Positions 35,781 through 44,734 of a stretch of DNA of 64,000 nt are shown here, piece after piece (the stretch's first letter is position 1; every line of letters begins with the position of its first letter). Made by a program: the position numbers and the translations under genes. This DNA comes from an uncultured virus (IMG/VR IMGVR_UViG_3300024179_000001) (lineage: Duplodnaviria; Heunggongvirae; Uroviricota; Caudoviricetes): the IMG/VR virus record IMGVR_UViG_3300024179_000001. The stretch is one strand, 5' to 3'. Below the pieces are notes generated by a model that was given only the letters and a program-made list of their open reading frames with translations, did no database searches and was not told the DNA's origin.

Positions 35781-35971
35781 TGGCCGGGAATAGGTGGATG
35801 CAAAAAGTCAGCAAGGGGATCAAGCATCGCGGCACGGAAGGCGTGTTCAGTTCTGCTGCGAAGCGCGCTGGCAAGAGCACGCATGAATTTGCCGAGGAAC
35901 ATGAACACTCGAGCGGTAAGTTAGGGAAACGCGCACGCCTCGCATTGGCATTTGCAAGCGCAAAGCATTAA
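35780..35971 (+). CDS. small basic protein
   Basis: AGGAGG SD; W...G.F..AAKRAG...GKRARLA. Confidence 0.65.
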   Translation: MAGNRWMQKVSKGIKHRGTEGVFSSAAKRAGKSTHEFAEEHEHSSGKLGKRARLALAFASAKH

Positions 35972-35984
35972 CTGAGGAGCCCCA

Positions 35985-38582
35985 GTGGCAACAGCAGTTC
36001 AAGATTATGCCGGGAGCGCTCCGGCGCCTGACGAGAAACCGAATCAGGAACCGAAGTACGACATCGGTGTCCTCGCAGGCCTTGAGTGGTCTCCGGTTCC
36101 GAACGCCAAGCTCGATACCAAGCAGCAGAATTTGCTGAAGGAGATCGCGCGCAAAGCGGCAAAGCGCGATTATCCTGCTCGGTTGATCGAGGTCATTCAG
36201 GCGTGGGAAGCGGCTCTATTCTATCGCGGCTTTCAATTTCTCATTCCGCAGCGCGGCGGCGGTTGGATCATCCCGGGCGAAGCAACGGGTTACGGGCCAT
36301 CGATGCAGATGGACATGGCGCTCCTGCCGACGAACATTTATTCGGCTCGCGCACAGATGATCATCGCAGCTCTGACGCGTACCGTACCGAACGTGCGTTT
36401 TGCTCCGATGCGTGCGAACTCCGACGCGCAGATCACAGCGGCTGATTCCGCCGAGAAGTTCCGCAAGGTCATCAGTAAAAACAATGACCTGATCCAGATC
36501 CAGACGGACGCTTCACGCTACCTATGGACGGACGGACGATTCCTGTACTACTCGCGGTTCATTAAAGACGGTCAGAGATTCGGTTGGGAAGAGGACGACG
36601 AGCCAGATGATCTCGTTCCGGAAAACGAAGGCGAACCTGCTCCGACTCCTGTTGAGGGTGCCGCTGCTGCAGCGACGCCGGAATCTCCTGAGACCGCTCA
36701 GGAAGGCGCCGAGAGCAAGGAAGTAGTGCCTCCGGGCGAAAGCCACGTTGAACATGAAGCGAGCGAGAGCGACGAAGAGAAAGAAGCAGAAGGAGAAACG
36801 GGAGAATTCGAGAAGCGCACACCTCGCGGTCAGGAAGTTCGTACGGCGCACGGAAAGCTGGAAGTGAAGTTGACGCCGATGATGGCGAACGATCTTCCTG
36901 AAGTCGACGTGCTGCAGTATGAAACCGAAGTCGATATCTGCCGCGCCAAAGGAATGTTCCCGTGGGTCGCTGACGATCTGAAATCGGAAACGAATCAGGC
37001 GGCCATGGGAGAGATCGGCAGACTGGCACGCCAGAACGTGAAGCTCGGCATGCAATCGACGTATGTGACCTCGGACAGTATCGCGGCCGACGTCACAATC
37101 CAGCGGACATGGATGCGTCCGAGCCAGTTGATGGACATCAAGGACAAAAGCGATCGAGACAAGATGATCGCGATGTTCCCGAACGGCTGCTACGTGGTCT
37201 ACGCCGGAGAAACTTTCTGTTTCGCTCGCAATGAATCGATGGACGACTGCTGGGCCCTCGGGCAGGCCTATTCCGGCGACGGACAGAACCGCAACGCCAT
37301 GGGCACGTCGACGATGCCAATCCAGAAACGGCTAAACAACTGGCTGGATCTGATGAACGATATTTTCGTTCGGACGATCCCGAAGAAGTGGATGGACTCG
37401 AAAGCGTTCGCCGTTGAAACGCTGCGCCAGCAAACCAACGTGCCCGGGGACATCGGTGGATTCAAGCGTCAGCCTGGTGTACCTGTCGCCGAACTGATCT
37501 TCGTAGAGCCTGCAGTAAACCCACCCGCGAATCTCGCGGACTTCATCAAGGAATACTCAGGTCCTCTTGCGGAGCTGCTCTCGGGAGCGTATCCCGCATT
37601 AGCTGGGGGCGATGTCGGCACGGCTGACAGCGGTGTAGCCATCGCCACCCAGCGAGATTCCGCGCTCGGGCGCCTCGCACCAACATGGCACTCGATCAAG
37701 AATGCGGAAGCTGTGTCGATGAAGCAGATGGTTCGCTGGGGCGCGAAGTGTCGCGACAAGTCGATCAACGAAAAGATTCCCGGCGGCGAGACGATCACTC
37801 TCGAGATCAATGATCTCAAGGGGAATATCACGGTCTTCGCCGAGAGCGACGAAAACTTCCCGGAGACCTACACCCAGAAGAGCAACAAGCTCATGGGAGT
37901 CTTCGATAACCTCGGGAAGAATCCGCAGCTCGCCGAAGTTTTCTTCAACGCTGCGAACCTCGAGTTCCTGCAGAACATGCTCGGACTATCCGATCTCGTG
38001 ATCCCGCAGGTGATCTCGCGCAACAAGCAGCTCGGGGAGATCGAGCTGATGATGAAGACGGGACCTGTCCCGAATCCGCAGGTGGAAATGCTGCGTGAGA
38101 AGATCGAACAGATCAAAGCGAGCGGAGTGGATCCACAGGAACTCGCGCAGGCCGAGCAGGAGCTCGCTGCGATGCCGCAGAATATCTGCTCGATTCCAAT
38201 CGAATCGACGGACGACAATGCCACCGAGGCGGCGACATGCTGGATCTGGATCAACGGCGACGAAGGCCGCAAAGCGAAGAAGACCGACAAGGATGGATTC
38301 GACAACGTGGTGCTACACTTCCACGAACACGATGAGGCAGCGAAGCAGGCTGCAGCAGCCGCGCAACAGACCGGAAAGCCGCCGAGCGTCAGCGTTGGAT
38401 ACAAGGACGTCGTGCAGGTCGATCAGGGCGCGGCACAACAGATCTTGCAGAAGGCTGGAGTAACTCCCTCCCCGGGGGCAACCGCTCCCGCGCCAGTCCC
38501 TGCAGGTGCAGGAGCGAAATCTCCGGCACCGCCGATACCAGTCGGCACGCCGCAAGGCGCTGGTGGAGCACCGAAACATTAA
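35985..38582 (+). CDS. portal protein
   Basis: 865 aa between terL and scaffold/capsid; TNIY and DSGVAI portal-like motifs; GAGGAG SD. Confidence 0.75.
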   Translation: MATAVQDYAGSAPAPDEKPNQEPKYDIGVLAGLEWSPVPNAKLDTKQQNLLKEIARKAAKRDYPARLIEVIQAWEAALFYRGFQFLIPQRGGGWIIPGEATGYGPSMQMDMALLPTNIYSARAQMIIAALTRTVPNVRFAPMRANSDAQITAADSAEKFRKVISKNNDLIQIQTDASRYLWTDGRFLYYSRFIKDGQRFGWEEDDEPDDLVPENEGEPAPTPVEGAAAAATPESPETAQEGAESKEVVPPGESHVEHEASESDEEKEAEGETGEFEKRTPRGQEVRTAHGKLEVKLTPMMANDLPEVDVLQYETEVDICRAKGMFPWVADDLKSETNQAAMGEIGRLARQNVKLGMQSTYVTSDSIAADVTIQRTWMRPSQLMDIKDKSDRDKMIAMFPNGCYVVYAGETFCFARNESMDDCWALGQAYSGDGQNRNAMGTSTMPIQKRLNNWLDLMNDIFVRTIPKKWMDSKAFAVETLRQQTNVPGDIGGFKRQPGVPVAELIFVEPAVNPPANLADFIKEYSGPLAELLSGAYPALAGGDVGTADSGVAIATQRDSALGRLAPTWHSIKNAEAVSMKQMVRWGAKCRDKSINEKIPGGETITLEINDLKGNITVFAESDENFPETYTQKSNKLMGVFDNLGKNPQLAEVFFNAANLEFLQNMLGLSDLVIPQVISRNKQLGEIELMMKTGPVPNPQVEMLREKIEQIKASGVDPQELAQAEQELAAMPQNICSIPIESTDDNATEAATCWIWINGDEGRKAKKTDKDGFDNVVLHFHEHDEAAKQAAAAAQQTGKPPSVSVGYKDVVQVDQGAAQQILQKAGVTPSPGATAPAPVPAGAGAKSPAPPIPVGTPQGAGGAPKH

Positions 38583-38603
38583 GAAAAACATCGGGAGGAA
38601 GAC

Positions 38604-40025
38604 ATGCTTGACGATTTGATCGCAGGAGCAGGTGCAGGTGCAGCCGTAGCAGATGCAGCTGGAGCAGGTGATGGGGCCGGAGCCGGAGATGGTACAGGCG
38701 CTGGTGGTGGAGCTGGAGAAGGCGCAGGTGCTGGTGAAGGCGCTGCTGAAGGTGCTGGAGAAGGAACTGGCGAAGGCGAAGGTGGAGAAGGTGCCGGAGC
38801 TGGAGAAATTGACGATCAAGCCGGCGCCGGAGAAGACGATGCGGAGCTGGGTGGCGAGACCGATGGTCGCAAGATCGATGCCGCGACACGCAAGGCACTC
38901 GCTGCACTCAAGAAGGTAGATCCCGCCGCAGCAAAACAACTATTCGCAGATCACGGGCGCGCGGAGCGAATCCGCGAAGAGCTCGGCGTCAAAAATCTCA
39001 GTGAGGCCGTAACCAAAGTCCGGCAGATGGCTGCGACGTTTGAAGCCGTCGGCGGCGAAGAAGGCCTCGTCGAGATCCAGAACGAAGTCGAGGATTACCG
39101 GAAAGAGGTCGCACAGTTCTCGAATGGCGATCCCGCACTGCTCACGCAACTCCGCGAAGCGAATCCCGAACAGTTCGCCAACATGGTGACGCAAGGCCTC
39201 GAGCAGATCGCGCAGCACATGACTGCGGACCAGTTCGACAACACGATCCTGCCGACGATGGTGGCGCGTTTGGACAAGGCCGGATTCTACGGATCGGTCA
39301 CGGAACTCCTTTCGCTCATCAAGGAAGGGAAAGGTCAGGAAGCTTTCGATCTCACCACGAAGATCCACAACTGGCTGAACAACGCCAAGGGAATGGTGAA
39401 GAAGCAGCTCGACCTGAAGTCGCAGAAAAATCCGGAACGCGAAGCACTCGAGAAGGATCGCGCCGCACTCAATCAGGAAAAGCAGGAAGCGTTTGAAGGA
39501 CGCGTCTCGAGTGACGTGAACCGCAGCAACAATACGGCAACGGCAAAGATCGTCGAGCCGTTCTTCAAGGACCTAAAACTCAGCCCGGAAGGCCGCCGCG
39601 AATTCGTCAACGCTCTCAATTCCCGGATCTTCAAAATAATGGCGAAGGATGTGCAGTTCCAGCGCGCCGCAAAATCACTTCTCGCCAAGGGCGACCAGGC
39701 GAGATCTGCACGATTTGTCAGCGCGAAGTTCGCCGAGCTTTTGCCGGATCAGTTCCGCGCACTCCGCAACGCGATGTATCCGAACTACTCGCGAGGTGGA
39801 ACGGCGGCAAGCGCTGCAGCGGGAAAGAAAGCTGCGGCTGCTGGCGCGAACGGAAAAGAAAAGGGAGCCGCAGGGGCTGGATCCGGAGTGAACTACACCG
39901 GAGGGAAGCCGAACCGCGACGACGTGGACTGGAAGCGGACGAGCGAGACGTTGTGGATCAGTGGCCGCGCGTTTCTGAACGGGAAGCCGGACATGGTTAA
40001 ATTCAACTGGAACGACGTCAAGTAA
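38604..40025 (+). CDS. capsid scaffolding protein (putative)
   Basis: G/A/E low-complexity N-terminus, helical core, position before the capsid gene. Confidence 0.65.
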   Translation: MLDDLIAGAGAGAAVADAAGAGDGAGAGDGTGAGGGAGEGAGAGEGAAEGAGEGTGEGEGGEGAGAGEIDDQAGAGEDDAELGGETDGRKIDAATRKALAALKKVDPAAAKQLFADHGRAERIREELGVKNLSEAVTKVRQMAATFEAVGGEEGLVEIQNEVEDYRKEVAQFSNGDPALLTQLREANPEQFANMVTQGLEQIAQHMTADQFDNTILPTMVARLDKAGFYGSVTELLSLIKEGKGQEAFDLTTKIHNWLNNAKGMVKKQLDLKSQKNPEREALEKDRAALNQEKQEAFEGRVSSDVNRSNNTATAKIVEPFFKDLKLSPEGRREFVNALNSRIFKIMAKDVQFQRAAKSLLAKGDQARSARFVSAKFAELLPDQFRALRNAMYPNYSRGGTAASAAAGKKAAAAGANGKEKGAAGAGSGVNYTGGKPNRDDVDWKRTSETLWISGRAFLNGKPDMVKFNWNDVK

Positions 40026-40042
40026 TGGAGTAGGATTCCGTC

Positions 40043-40549
40043 GTGTTCAGATGCGAACATTGGTTCCGGAAGATTTGGGATAAGCTGGAAGAGATCTGGG
40101 AAGTGCTTGTCCAGATCTGGAGAAAACTCGAACAGGTCTGGCAAGAGATCCTGTGCATACATCGGGATATCAAGAGACTTTTGCAGTGGATTGCCCTGAA
40201 AGAGATCGACTTCGTTCAATTTGGAGGCAGTATGAATTTTTCAATCGTTCGTGGAGCAGCAGGAACCTTCACCGCAGTCCTGAATCCAGTTAATGGCGCT
40301 CAGGCTGCGGGTACAGTTCCGCAGTGGACGGCAAGCGACAGTAGCGTAGTTCTCAATCCGAGCGCTGACGGGCTTTCGTGTGACGCCACTGCTCCGGCTG
40401 GCAGCACGTTTACGACATTCGATTTGAACCTCAAGGCAACTTCCTCGGATCCGGCTGTCGGTGTCGTGAGCGTGACTCACACGATTGCGGTAACCGAGCC
40501 TGTGGCACCTCCGCTGCAGTCTATCGATTTCGCGCAGACTGGCGGCTAA
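40043..40549 (+). CDS. Trp-heptad coiled coil + Ig-like domain, with internal in-frame start at 40232
   Basis: IWDKLEE/IWEVLVQ/IWRKLEQ/VWQEILC; GGAGG-N4-ATG at 40232; PQWTASDSSV Ig-like segment. Confidence 0.65.
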   Translation: MFRCEHWFRKIWDKLEEIWEVLVQIWRKLEQVWQEILCIHRDIKRLLQWIALKEIDFVQFGGSMNFSIVRGAAGTFTAVLNPVNGAQAAGTVPQWTASDSSVVLNPSADGLSCDATAPAGSTFTTFDLNLKATSSDPAVGVVSVTHTIAVTEPVAPPLQSIDFAQTGG

Positions 40550-40572
40550 TTCGTTCCGAACCGCGAGTAGGT

Positions 40573-40618
40573 CGGGATTCCCCGGGTGCTCCCTCAGGGC
40601 GCCCGGGGATCTCGTTTT
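40573..40618 (+). terminator. intrinsic terminator
   Basis: CGGGATTCCCCGGGTGCTC / GGGCGCCCGGGGATCTCG hairpin followed by TTTT. Confidence 0.6.
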
Positions 40619-40634
40619 GGTATATACTCTTCTC

Positions 40635-40886
40635 ATGTTTCGTGGCAAGAAGTGGATCAAGAAAGAACGTCGCACTCCAGAAGAAGAACATCGGATGCGA
40701 TCTCAGGCCGTCAAGAAAAGCTGGAAGACACGCCGCTCCAAACGCATACTCGCTGCCTCTTCTGTTGGCTCGATCAAGGCTGGTAAAGCGAAAAGGAAGA
40801 CCAGACTCCTGTTGCAGCACCATCTGGCCGAAGACGCTGGTGAGGCCATTTTCATGGAACTTCTCGATGCATTTTGTAAAACGTGA
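40635..40886 (+). CDS. small basic hypothetical protein
   Basis: K/R-rich 83 aa; no SD; follows a TATATACTCTT motif. Confidence 0.35.
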   Translation: MFRGKKWIKKERRTPEEEHRMRSQAVKKSWKTRRSKRILAASSVGSIKAGKAKRKTRLLLQHHLAEDAGEAIFMELLDAFCKT

Positions 40887-40940
40887 CACACCCATCCGAT
40901 CTCTCTGAAAACAAGTAGGAAGCTACCCTGCAAAAATTAC

Positions 40941-40969
40941 TTGCATCCTGAACAAGTTCGCAGTAACTT
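40941..40969 (+). promoter_or_regulatory. sigma70-like promoter for the capsid operon
   Basis: TTGCAT-N17-TAACTT. Confidence 0.5.
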
Positions 40970-40974
40970 CACAC

Positions 40975-41190
40975 CGAAGAAGATGTTGGAGCCATCGGGG
41001 TCTTCCCGAAAATAAGTGCCGTACTTCCGAGGCAAGGTCAGGGGCGGGACCAATATCGGTTGAATCTCCGCAACTTCTGCATTGTTCCAAGCACATCGGG
41101 TGTAGGGAAAACTCCGCGATTGATTTCGTGTGAGTCGCCAACGTGCACGCGTTCGGGTCGCCGACCACCGTTGAGCTAATGCAGAGGTCC
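40975..41190 (+). ncRNA. candidate structured 5' leader RNA of the capsid gene
   Basis: Two multibranch domains closed by GATGTTGG/CCAATATC and ACTTCTGCATT/AATGCAGAGGT. Confidence 0.45.
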
Positions 41191-41194
41191 AACC

Positions 41195-42535
41195 ATGGCA
41201 GCGAATCCTTTGGCAGAAGCGGCTGTTGAAGCCGTAGAGCTCGAGAATTTCGCGAAGGGCATTCCGGATCTTGTCTACAAGGGCCACACGGTCTACAACC
41301 TTTTCAAAAAGGGAAGTAAGACCTATCCGACGGCAGTGACCACGCAGGCTGGTGGCACCGCTCGTCCGGCTTTCCGTATTCCTGTACGCATTCAGTCAGG
41401 CGCAGCTATCTTCCAGGCAACTGGAAACGGCGACGCCCTGCCGCGTGGAACCGGATCGCAGTGGGTCGGTGGAGACATTTCTCCGATTGGTCTCTTCGCC
41501 GGATGCGAGATCACGTATCTCGCCCGAATCGCAACACAAGGCCCGAAGCGCGGCTTGATCAGCTTGCGCGCGGAAGAGTTGAAGAATTCTTTCAACTCCT
41601 TCATGCAGGGCGTGGACGCGCAGTTCCTGAGCGATGGCTCGGGCGCAATCGTCCAGATCCCTTCCACCGCGACGGTCAATAACAACACTCTGGGCGGCTC
41701 CAACCCGTCCTCGATCGTCGGTCTCGGTGGTCAGGCGAACCAATTCCAAGAACAGCAGGTCATCCAGATCTTCCCCACTGAAGGCGGCGTGGCTCGCACC
41801 ACTCCGGCGACGGCGACGGTTTCCTACGTCGATGGCGCAAACGACACCGTGTATTTTTCGACGGCTCTGCCGACGAACACAGCGGTGGGCGACTTCGTGA
41901 TGATTCAGGGATCGACTGGTGCGCTGAACTCCGGCCTCGCCGGACTGTATGCGTATCAGGTCGCCTCGAACACGGGAACGATTCTGAATCTTGCGCGTTC
42001 AACCTATCCCGGCCAACTGTCCACGCCGAACATTGCGAAGGGCAACGCCGCGATCAACATGACCGACGCCTACAAGGCCGAGATTCTGATCGGCCGTGGC
42101 CTCGGTGCGGACAACGAAGCTGTTGCGGACTTCGAGTGGATCTGTGGACCGGATCAGGAACTGGCCGTGACGCAGCTGTACACGAACGTCCTCACGCAGA
42201 ATTACGTGCCGCCCGGGGAGAAGGCTCTCGACATGGTCAAGAAGCACATGTCGCCGACTTACGGTGGCCGTCCGCTGAACGTGAGCTACACCGCAAAGCA
42301 GGGCCGTCTCGATGCAGTGTGCCCGGAGACATGGGGCATTGTGGAAACTGTAGAGCCGTCGCTCTACGATTTCGGAGATGGCGTCACCACGATGCCGATC
42401 CCCGATTTCGTTGGTCAGGGCAGCTATTTGACGTCCTCGATCTTCTTCTACAACTGCTTCCTCAACCTCTTCAACTCGAACATGAAGGCTGGCGTTTTTA
42501 TTTCCGGCGCCGCCGTTCCGAGCGTGACGAGCTAA
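41195..42535 (+). CDS. major capsid protein (putative)
   Basis: 446 aa after the scaffold; DGSG motif; followed by a GroES-like gene. Confidence 0.8.
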   Translation: MAANPLAEAAVEAVELENFAKGIPDLVYKGHTVYNLFKKGSKTYPTAVTTQAGGTARPAFRIPVRIQSGAAIFQATGNGDALPRGTGSQWVGGDISPIGLFAGCEITYLARIATQGPKRGLISLRAEELKNSFNSFMQGVDAQFLSDGSGAIVQIPSTATVNNNTLGGSNPSSIVGLGGQANQFQEQQVIQIFPTEGGVARTTPATATVSYVDGANDTVYFSTALPTNTAVGDFVMIQGSTGALNSGLAGLYAYQVASNTGTILNLARSTYPGQLSTPNIAKGNAAINMTDAYKAEILIGRGLGADNEAVADFEWICGPDQELAVTQLYTNVLTQNYVPPGEKALDMVKKHMSPTYGGRPLNVSYTAKQGRLDAVCPETWGIVETVEPSLYDFGDGVTTMPIPDFVGQGSYLTSSIFFYNCFLNLFNSNMKAGVFISGAAVPSVTS

Positions 42536-42602
42536 TTTCCAACCTGCGTGAGAAAGGGGGAGGAGTAACGCCCTCCCCACAAATTCAAACATCGGGTGAT
42601 CA

Positions 42603-43010
42603 ATGAACGAAAATCAGACTGCAGTTGCAGGACCGATTGATGTGCTGGACCGCCGTAGATTTGAAGACAACGGCGAACCGAAGAGCACTACGGATGTGAG
42701 CGAGAGGAAGTTCAAACTCGTTCCGCGACACAAGTGGGTGCTCATCCGGCAAGTTCAGAAAGAGGAAGTGCGGACGGAAGCAGGCGTTGTGATTCCGGCA
42801 GCAGATTTCTTCCTCATGCAGGGCGAAGACAAGTCACAGCGCGGAGTGGTCGTCGCGGCTGGGCCAGAGTCCGATCTCAAAGAGGGAGACCTCGTGATCT
42901 TCACAGCGTTCCCGATGGAGATCGAAGGCCTCAAGGATCTGACAGGCGACGAACGCATCAAGCTGGTTCGGGACGAGGAAGTGTACTCTCGGGTCGTGGA
43001 ATGCCAGTAA
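42603..43010 (+). CDS. groES: GroES-like co-chaperonin
   Basis: LVPRHKWVLIR...EVRTEAGVVIP...GVVVAAGP..LKEGDLVIF...LVRDEEV. Confidence 0.8.
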   Translation: MNENQTAVAGPIDVLDRRRFEDNGEPKSTTDVSERKFKLVPRHKWVLIRQVQKEEVRTEAGVVIPAADFFLMQGEDKSQRGVVVAAGPESDLKEGDLVIFTAFPMEIEGLKDLTGDERIKLVRDEEVYSRVVECQ

Positions 43011-43726
43011 AAGGCGCAGAGACGAGAGAATGCCCGAAGGAATATCAGGACCGACTCACGCAGATCTTCGGCGTGAATCAGTTCGGAGATCCCAACTTCA
43101 AGATCGTCTGGGGCCAGTCTACTTTCATCCGGATGGGAAATATCTGGCGCGACAAAAACGGCAACGAGCGCGTCGGATACCGTGAACGCTACCAGTGTCA
43201 CGGGATGCCCTGCTGGGTGATCATGCGATGGCACTCCCCGACGGAATACGGATCTCCCCGGGCCTACTACTCGAGCACCTTCGATTCACTCTCACGCCTG
43301 TACATGGTCGGCGAGTATCCATGGCGCGGACGGTATGAAATCGTCCAGCCGCTGATCTCGAAAGAGTTCGTGGGTAAGAAACTCGTCGTCACACATTTCC
43401 CGCTCACGCATTTCCTGATCGACACGCTGATCCCGATGATGGAAGCGTTCCAGAAACTTTCCGTCAAGCAGAAAGCGGCAGCGCGAGCGGCAGTGAAAGC
43501 TGTCGAGGATAAGGCCGAAACAGAAAGGATCGCGGACCAGCTCGAAGAGAACATGCCGAAGTGGTGGGGTCCGGTGTCGTACGGGAATCAGGGAATCCGC
43601 ACATCTCTGCTGGACCGGAAGATGGAGCAGATCAAGAAAGTCTGGGACCGGATGAGCCGTGGTGGTCACAGGCCGAAGTTCAATCGGGGCATGGCTCTCG
43701 GCGACAAGCCGATGATTTCACACTAA
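43001..43726 (+). CDS. hypothetical protein
   Basis: ATG 43001; G.NQFGDPNFKIVW, GEYPWRGRY. Confidence 0.65.
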   Translation: MPVKGAETRECPKEYQDRLTQIFGVNQFGDPNFKIVWGQSTFIRMGNIWRDKNGNERVGYRERYQCHGMPCWVIMRWHSPTEYGSPRAYYSSTFDSLSRLYMVGEYPWRGRYEIVQPLISKEFVGKKLVVTHFPLTHFLIDTLIPMMEAFQKLSVKQKAAARAAVKAVEDKAETERIADQLEENMPKWWGPVSYGNQGIRTSLLDRKMEQIKKVWDRMSRGGHRPKFNRGMALGDKPMISH

Positions 43727-43747
43727 AAATATCGGGAGGAAAGAGAA

Positions 43748-44644
43748 ATGGCTTCGATTCCAGTAACAGCACAGTTGGCGCAGGACCAGCGTCGAGCGCA
43801 GCAGCAGGCGAAATCGACGCAGGACGGCGCGAATCACGGCGCCACGATGATCGAGACACAGGACAGCGGCAAGGAAGCTGGCTATGTGATCTACGTCTAC
43901 AACATCCTGAACAAGGAGCACACCGTTTCGCAGCCGCCGATCTTCCCGGGCGTCATCATCCCAGCATGCAAGACGCACGAGAAATTCGCTTTCACTGTTC
44001 TTCCTCCGTTTGTGAAAGAGCCGTACTTCAAACCAGGCACAACGGAGATGTACTACAAGAACGTCGATGGGCGGAAGGCCGCGACATCGCTTCTGAATCC
44101 CAGCGCATTCCCCGGGATCAAGTGGGAAGGCCAGCTGCAGAAGTGGGACACAGGCGATCAGTACGGAAACAATTTGAACGCCTATGGCGTGTGGTGGTCC
44201 CTGACGAAGCCGGAAGAGACCGAAAAGCTCGACAGGGAGATCGCGCAGTTCAAGGAGCGCGTGCACCGGACGATGGACGAGCTCGTGAAGCGCGGCGAGG
44301 AACTAAGCGCCGGCGGCGACCTGAAGTCGATCACTCCGTGGATGCACTTCGCCATGGACTACCTCGGCAAGCAGGCGTCGTGGCACATGGCGACTCACCA
44401 CATGATCACCTGCCCGAACTGCGGAGATCCCGTCAAGGAAGGGATCGCATATCACCGCAACAGTTTTGGAGAGCGCTGCATCGTGAATCCGGTTCGCTAC
44501 CGCGAGATGCTCGAGATGAAGAAACAACTCGAGGAACAAGCTGGTGTCGAAGAGGATCCAGACGCGACGCAGGAAGCAGAGCTCGTCGGATCTGCGACTA
44601 CTCCGGCCCGGGCGCCGAAAAAGAAAGTGGCGCCGAAGGCTTAA
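43748..44644 (+). CDS. hypothetical protein with CPNCG zinc motif
   Basis: GGAGG SD; CPNCG...H...C. Confidence 0.7.
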   Translation: MASIPVTAQLAQDQRRAQQQAKSTQDGANHGATMIETQDSGKEAGYVIYVYNILNKEHTVSQPPIFPGVIIPACKTHEKFAFTVLPPFVKEPYFKPGTTEMYYKNVDGRKAATSLLNPSAFPGIKWEGQLQKWDTGDQYGNNLNAYGVWWSLTKPEETEKLDREIAQFKERVHRTMDELVKRGEELSAGGDLKSITPWMHFAMDYLGKQASWHMATHHMITCPNCGDPVKEGIAYHRNSFGERCIVNPVRYREMLEMKKQLEEQAGVEEDPDATQEAELVGSATTPARAPKKKVAPKA

Positions 44645-44734
44645 CGATCTTCTTGGAGGTGGCCCCGTAACCCCCTGTACACCCGATTCAGGGGAGCGCG
44701 ACCACCTCCAAGTCGAAATTTGCGAGAGGGAAAA

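Noticed and set aside
38625..38830. GGTGCTGGAG-like tandem repeats
   Set aside because: They encode the G/A/E low-complexity scaffold N-terminus; no repeat-spacer periodicity, so not CRISPR.
41030..41110. Possible tRNA in the capsid leader
   Set aside because: No GTTCRA T-loop or cloverleaf spacing.
42557..42578. GGGGAGG/CCTCCCC hairpin after the capsid gene as a terminator
   Set aside because: No U tract on the plus strand; at most a stabilising hairpin.
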